DNA of 64,000 bases, taken from the NCBI RefSeq assembly GCF_009914755.1, contig NC_060937.1; one strand, 5' to 3'. Under the pieces are notes generated by a model. The model had not been told where the DNA came from. It ran no database searches and worked only from the letters and a program-made list of their open reading frames with translations. This document shows, one piece after another, positions 59,129 through 64,000 of the stretch. Numbering within the stretch: the first letter of the stretch is position 1; each line of letters opens with the position of its first letter. The position numbers were made by a program, and so were the translations under genes. The stretch is from the human T2T-CHM13v2.0 reference genome, Homo sapiens.

Positions 59129-59360
59129 TTTTATGAAGAGGAAGAGGTTTAATAAGATCTGGCTGTGCTTGAGTTGTAGGTGCAGGTGGTCCTTTTCCCC
59201 CAATATGATTGTTTACAACAGGATTCTGCTGTCTGCCTCTTAGTAGTGGAGACATACACCGACGTCTTTTAGGGATCCCTTGCATATTTGGTTCTCCGGG
59301 TCGTTTATGTTTATTTTGAGGTCCAGCCACAAATTCATCTGCTTCATCTATCATCATACC
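59129..59360 (-). CDS. INTS6: INTS6 coding exon (4th from 3' end)
   Basis: ttgctaaag|GGT ATG ATG ... AAA A|gtaag; 232 nt. GMMIDEADEFVAGPQNKHKRPGEPNMQGIPKRRRCMSPLL...PLPLHK. Confidence 0.96.
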
Positions 59361-59574
59361 CTTTAGCAAAAAAGAATACAACTTTCTTGAATTTACAAAC
59401 AATGTTTAAATGGCACAACCAGTGTCAATTCCAATGAAGGTAACTATATTCTGTTCATATTTATTAGATACTCTACCAGGAAAATAGCTTCAGCTTACTT
59501 CAGTTAAATTAAGAACTATAAAACTGACAGTGCCTACCATAAACAAATTACATAATAGAACATTTCAAAATTAC

Positions 59575-59717
59575 CTTCTTATCCAGCTTAAAGGGGTTGC
59601 CAAATGTATGCAACCTTCGTGGCTGATCAGGATCAAGTTCTCTTAGTGGAGAAGGTACTTGCTTGAGGTATTCCTGGTAGTTCCCCATTTGTGCTATAGG
59701 AACACTGTGCACTTGAT
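59575..59717 (-). CDS. INTS6: INTS6 coding exon (5th from 3' end)
   Basis: ttgaaag|AT CAA ... AAG AAG|gtaat; 143 nt. DQVHSVPIAQMGNYQEYLKQVPSPLRELDPDQPRRLHTFGNPFKLDKK. Confidence 0.96.
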
Positions 59718-59989
59718 CTTTCAAAAAGAATACAACAGCAAAAAAAGTTAACCTCCAATTAGTTCTCAAATAATGTTTCCTTATATATGAATGCTACCTA
59801 GTGTTATTCTAGACAGTCTTCTTTACCAACATATTCTAAATTTGTTTGGTGCAATTATAACCACTGCGACAAAATATTTTAAAATAAAATTTAAAATACT
59901 GATCTCATCATCTAAACAAAACAAAAATTGCCATTAATTTCACACATACATACATTGCCATTAATTCCACACATACAGAAAGTATGTGT

Positions 59990-60290
59990 GGCCAGGCGCA
60001 GTGGCTCATGCCTGTAATCCCAGCACTTCGGGAGGCTGAGGCAGACATCCGGATCACTTGAGGTAAGGAATGAGACCAGCCTGGCCAACATGGCAAAATC
60101 CCATCTCTATTAAAAATACAAAAATTAGCAGGGCATGGTGGCACGTGCCTGTAATCCCAGCTACTAGGGAGGCTAAGGAGGAGAATCGCTTGAACCCAGG
60201 ATGCGGAGGTTGCAGTGAGCCGAGATCACACCACTGCACTCCAGCCTGGGCGACAGAGCAAGGCTCTGACTCAAAAAAAAAAAAAAAAAA
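59990..60290 (+). mobile_element. Full-length Alu with TSD
   Basis: ggccaggcgcagtggctcatgcctgtaatcccagcac...A-tail; TSD aaagtatgtgtg. Confidence 0.95.
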
Positions 60291-60656
60291 GTATGTGTGA
60301 TCTTACCGTGAAAGATGTATCTCTTCTCTTCTGCGCTATTCCAAATAAACAGAATTTAATTATAGTAGAATTTGTAGAAAATGGAAGTACAGTATGGTAA
60401 AAAAAAAAAAAAAAGTCGCATAGCTAACTCTTTTATATAAAATTATTGTTAGAACTCTTAAATCAGAGGTGGCAAACGTTTAAAGTCTCATCTGACTTGA
60501 TTTATAGTAGGTGCCATGGATAAAGGTGAAGAAGGAATTATCAGAAAATGTCATGAAACTGGCCATCCAGAGTTAAACCATCAGATACTGGTATTATCTC
60601 AAGAAAATGATTGAGATAAGAAAAATCACTTATTTTAAGTATACAGTTTGATAAGT

Positions 60657-60658
<2 letters not shown>

Positions 60659-60699
<41 letters not shown>

Positions 60700-60707
60700 C
60701 GCGCATG
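60659..60707. repeat. (TG)n(CG)n alternating purine-pyrimidine tract
   Basis: gtgtgt...gtgcgcgcgcgtgcgcgcatg. Confidence 0.95.
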
Positions 60708-60969
60708 AATGCATGAGAAAAGCTATAAAAGGAAACTAAACTGTTAAGAAAGGTTGTTACCTCTAGGGAAGAGAATTTGGGGCAACAGTGATGGTAGGAA
60801 GAAAGGTACAGAATCAGGGATGATTCACCTTTTACTTCATTTGTTTGAACTTACAATAAGAATGTTATAGTACTGTAATAATTCTTTGAAATTTACATCA
60901 CCATGCTATGCTTTTTCAGACTATAAAGAAAAAAAATTAAAAATACCAGTATTGAAACTATGTTCTAAC

Positions 60970-61096
60970 CTTCGTCCTGTCCTTTCAGAAATCTGCGAGT
61001 GCTCTTCAAAAGATTAGATCTCATTCTTGTTAAGTGATCCAAAAGATTTCGTCTTGGTATGTCATAAGCATTTCTAAATGTCTGTGGCTTCAAATC
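60970..61096 (-). CDS. INTS6: INTS6 coding exon (6th from 3' end)
   Basis: aatag|GAT TTG ... GAA G|gttag; 127 nt. DLKPQTFRNAYDIPRRNLLDHLTRMRSNLLKSTRRFLKGQDE. Confidence 0.95.
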
Positions 61097-61404
61097 CTAT
61101 TAAACAACATTCGAGGACAAAATTTATTGTCAAACATAGAATTACAAGAGACTAAAATCTCTAGCCTGCAGCATAGGTTTGGAAATAAGATATATAAACT
61201 GGTTAGCTTAAAAAAAATAAAATAAAGACATATGATATAATCTTAATGTACCGGTTCAGGGCCAAAAGATGAAAATTTGGTAGTGAGCTCAACCAAACAA
61301 TCTCAATTCACCATCTAACTCTAAAGATTTTATTATATATTCTGGATAAAAGAAGTAAACTCATTTAAGTAAAAATCAATCTCCAAATTTTAAAAACTGA
61401 AGTT

Positions 61405-62785
61405 TTTTAAAAAACAGCTTTGATGTGTAATTTATATACCATAAAATCACCTATTTTAAGTATATAGTTTGATGAATGTTAGTAAATTTATAGTTGTGAA
61501 ACCATCATCATAATCCATTTCCACCATCCCCAAGTTTGTTGTACCCACTTGCAGTCAATCACTATTCCTATCCCCAGGCAACCACGTGACTTGCTTTCTT
61601 TCTATGCTCCATTTTATAAATGGAATTTTGCAACGTCTAATCTTTTGTACTTGGCTTCTTTCAATTAGCATGATGTTTTTGAGATTCATTGACATTATTC
61701 ATGTATCAGTAGTTTGTTCCTTTTTATTCCAGAGTAGTAGTCTATTATATGGACACACCACATCTTCTTTATCTATTCACCAGCTGATGGGCACTTGGAC
61801 TGTTACAAGTTTTTGGCTATTATGAAAAATGCTGCCATGTTGGCATGCTAAGCCTACAAGTAGAATGACTGATTGTACAGCAAATTTATGTTTACACTTC
61901 TTAAGAAAATATCAACTATTTTCTATCAGTAATGTTAGGAGGGTTGCTCCACATTCTCATCAATCCCTGTATTTTTTGTCTTTTAAATTTTATTCATTCT
62001 AGCAGTTATGAAGTAGTATCTCGTTATGGTTTTAATTTGCATTTCCCTAATGGCTGATAAGGCTGAGTGTTACTTCATGTTCTTATTTGTATTTGCATAT
62101 TTTCTTTGGTGAAATGTCTGTTCAAATATTTTGCCCATGTTTGTCCTTTTATTATTGAGTTATATGAATTCTTTATATATTTTGATACAAGTCCTTTATT
62201 TGATATGTGCTTTTCTCCCAAGCTGTAGCTTCCCTCTTCATTTTTAATGTTTCTTTTAAAGAGCAAAGTTTATTTTTTATTTTAATGAAATTCAATTTAT
62301 CAACATTTTTGCTATGTGCTTTTAGAAATCTTTGCTAACTCAACATCACAAAGATTTTTTCCTATGTTTTCTTCTAGAAGTTTATAGTTTTTGTTCTTAC
62401 ATTTAAGATCACGACCACTTCAAATAATATGAGGTAATGGTCAAATTCATTATTTTGCATATGGATATCCAATTGTTCCATTTGTTTAAAAGACTGTCTT
62501 CTTATCCACTACCTTATTTTAATATCTTTGTTAAGAATTGACTGTGTGTGTGAGGGCCTACATCTAGACTCAATTCTGTTCCACTAATCTCCTATGTTTA
62601 TCCTTATGATGGCACCACACTGCATGGATCACTGTAGTAAGTTTTACAATAAGTTTTAAAATCAGATGATATAAGTCTTCCAACTTTATTCTTCTAAAAT
62701 TGTTTTGGCTATTCCAGGACCTTTACATTTCCATATAAATTTTAGAATCAGCTTGCCTATTTCTACAAAAAGGCTGCTGGGATAA
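61405..62785 (-). mobile_element. L1 fragment (old L1M-type)
   Basis: Reverse L1 motifs: ttttaatttgcatttccctaatggct, ttgcatatggatatccaattgttcca, ccatataaattttagaatcagcttg. Confidence 0.85.
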
Positions 62786-63160
62786 AGATATCTGTAACCA
62801 TGAGTACTCACAAAGCATTTTTGGATCATGCTGTGGGTCTAATAGGGTCATCAGTTTAAGTACAAAACTATAGTGAATTCTACCATCCACTACTGCAACT
62901 TAAAGCAATTTCTAAACCTCTGTTTTCTCATCTATAAAATAAACAAGTTAGTTTACTCTTCATCAATCTATCCATTCATTCACACACCATGTACACTGTT
63001 TTAATTCTAGCAGTGACAGTATAATGATCATTAGTCTACAAGAGTACAGAAGTACTCTTTAAAGTCTGGATAAACTGAATGTCAGAGTTAACAGAAAATG
63101 TGATTTATCCAGTAACATAACAGAACATAACTAGAGTAGCACTAAATTCATGATTATTAC

Positions 63161-63376
63161 CTTATTCAGCAAAGCAACTTGGAACCCAGTGTATTCCTTC
63201 ATATTAAGGTCTAGCAGTCTGTGAGGGACATCCTCTGAAATTCCCTGGAGGAGTTGTTGAAAATCTTTCCTATATGCCATTGATAAACCATGTGATCGGC
63301 TCCGGACTTTTATTCCAGTCTCCTGTACTACTTTTTTGCCTACAGATCCAATGACTCGATCAGATTCTATTTTGGC
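63161..63376 (-). CDS. INTS6: INTS6 coding exon (7th from 3' end)
   Basis: Minus strand tttag|GCC AAA ATA ... AAT AAG|gtaat; 216 nt. AKIESDRVIGSVGKKVVQETGIKVRSRSHGLSMAYRKDFQQLLQGISEDVPHRLLDLNMKEYTGFQVALLNK. Confidence 0.95.
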
Positions 63377-64000
63377 CTAAAGTAAAAATAAGTCAGAATT
63401 ATCTTGATAAAATCTAAATTAATAAATCAGATACTAATGGTTATGATCTTCTATAAATTAAATATATATTTTTTAAGTATATAAGAAGTTAAAAACTCAA
63501 GTAGCATAGTTTATGTCAAGTATTGGGTAAATTAAACATAGTTTAAACAACAATGTCTTATGATTTTAAATCATTACAACTCTAAACTTTTGGAGCAGGA
63601 CAAACACAATTTCAATTTATTATTTTATTTATTAATACCCACTATACCTAAACCATGAAATATAAATGCACACTAAACAAAAATGTGTATTCCCAATTCA
63701 GGGGTGACGGTAAATTATTTTTTTAAAATCATCATTATGTAAGACATTTTTACTAGCACATCAATATGGCAAATAATTATGCAGTTCTTCCCTGGAAAGC
63801 AAGAAGCAATGTTTTGACTCCTCCCAAACTGCCTTTTGATTTGTAGTTAAGGTAGCAATGTCAGAAGTACTGGAGAAATAATGTATTTCATAGGACATTA
63901 ATAATTTCACAGTCAGTTAAACTATATACTGCTTGACTACTATAGTATTTATTAATGTGACTTATGGCCAGAATGACAAAATTCAGTGTTTTCTACAAAC

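Noticed and set aside
59927-59977. 27-bp tandem duplication (attgccattaattycacacataca) beside an Alu
   Set aside because: Ordinary slippage duplication with no functional cue.

Overview
Human (or very close primate) genomic DNA, recognisable as the 13q14.3 SERPINE3/INTS6 locus. Positions 1 to ~24 kb are repeat-rich intergenic DNA (MaLR/ERVL LTRs, Alus, MIR, L1, a near-complete Tigger3 element, microsatellites). SERPINE3 lies on the + strand. Eight coding exons (26013-49202) splice in frame with GT-AG sites to a 404-aa clade-E serpin, and read-through of the exon-7 donor gives a 424-aa variant. MIR5693 lies antisense in a SERPINE3 intron (33488-33560). The last seven coding exons of INTS6 (63376 down to 50672) lie on the - strand, convergent with SERPINE3, and its long 3'UTR probably overlaps the SERPINE3 3' end. 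I found no new protein-coding gene or prokaryote-like system. The most unusual unexplained structures are: (i) a non-transposon inverted repeat made of 5'-splice-site-like and anti-5'ss motifs bracketing the ATG exon of SERPINE3; (ii) a ~103-bp direct duplication bracketing symmetric coding exon 3; (iii) a candidate alternative last exon with the same coding length as the canonical one; (iv) the convergent INTS6-SERPINE3-MIR5693 arrangement. Gene and repeat names come from recognition, not database searches, and repeat boundaries are approximate.
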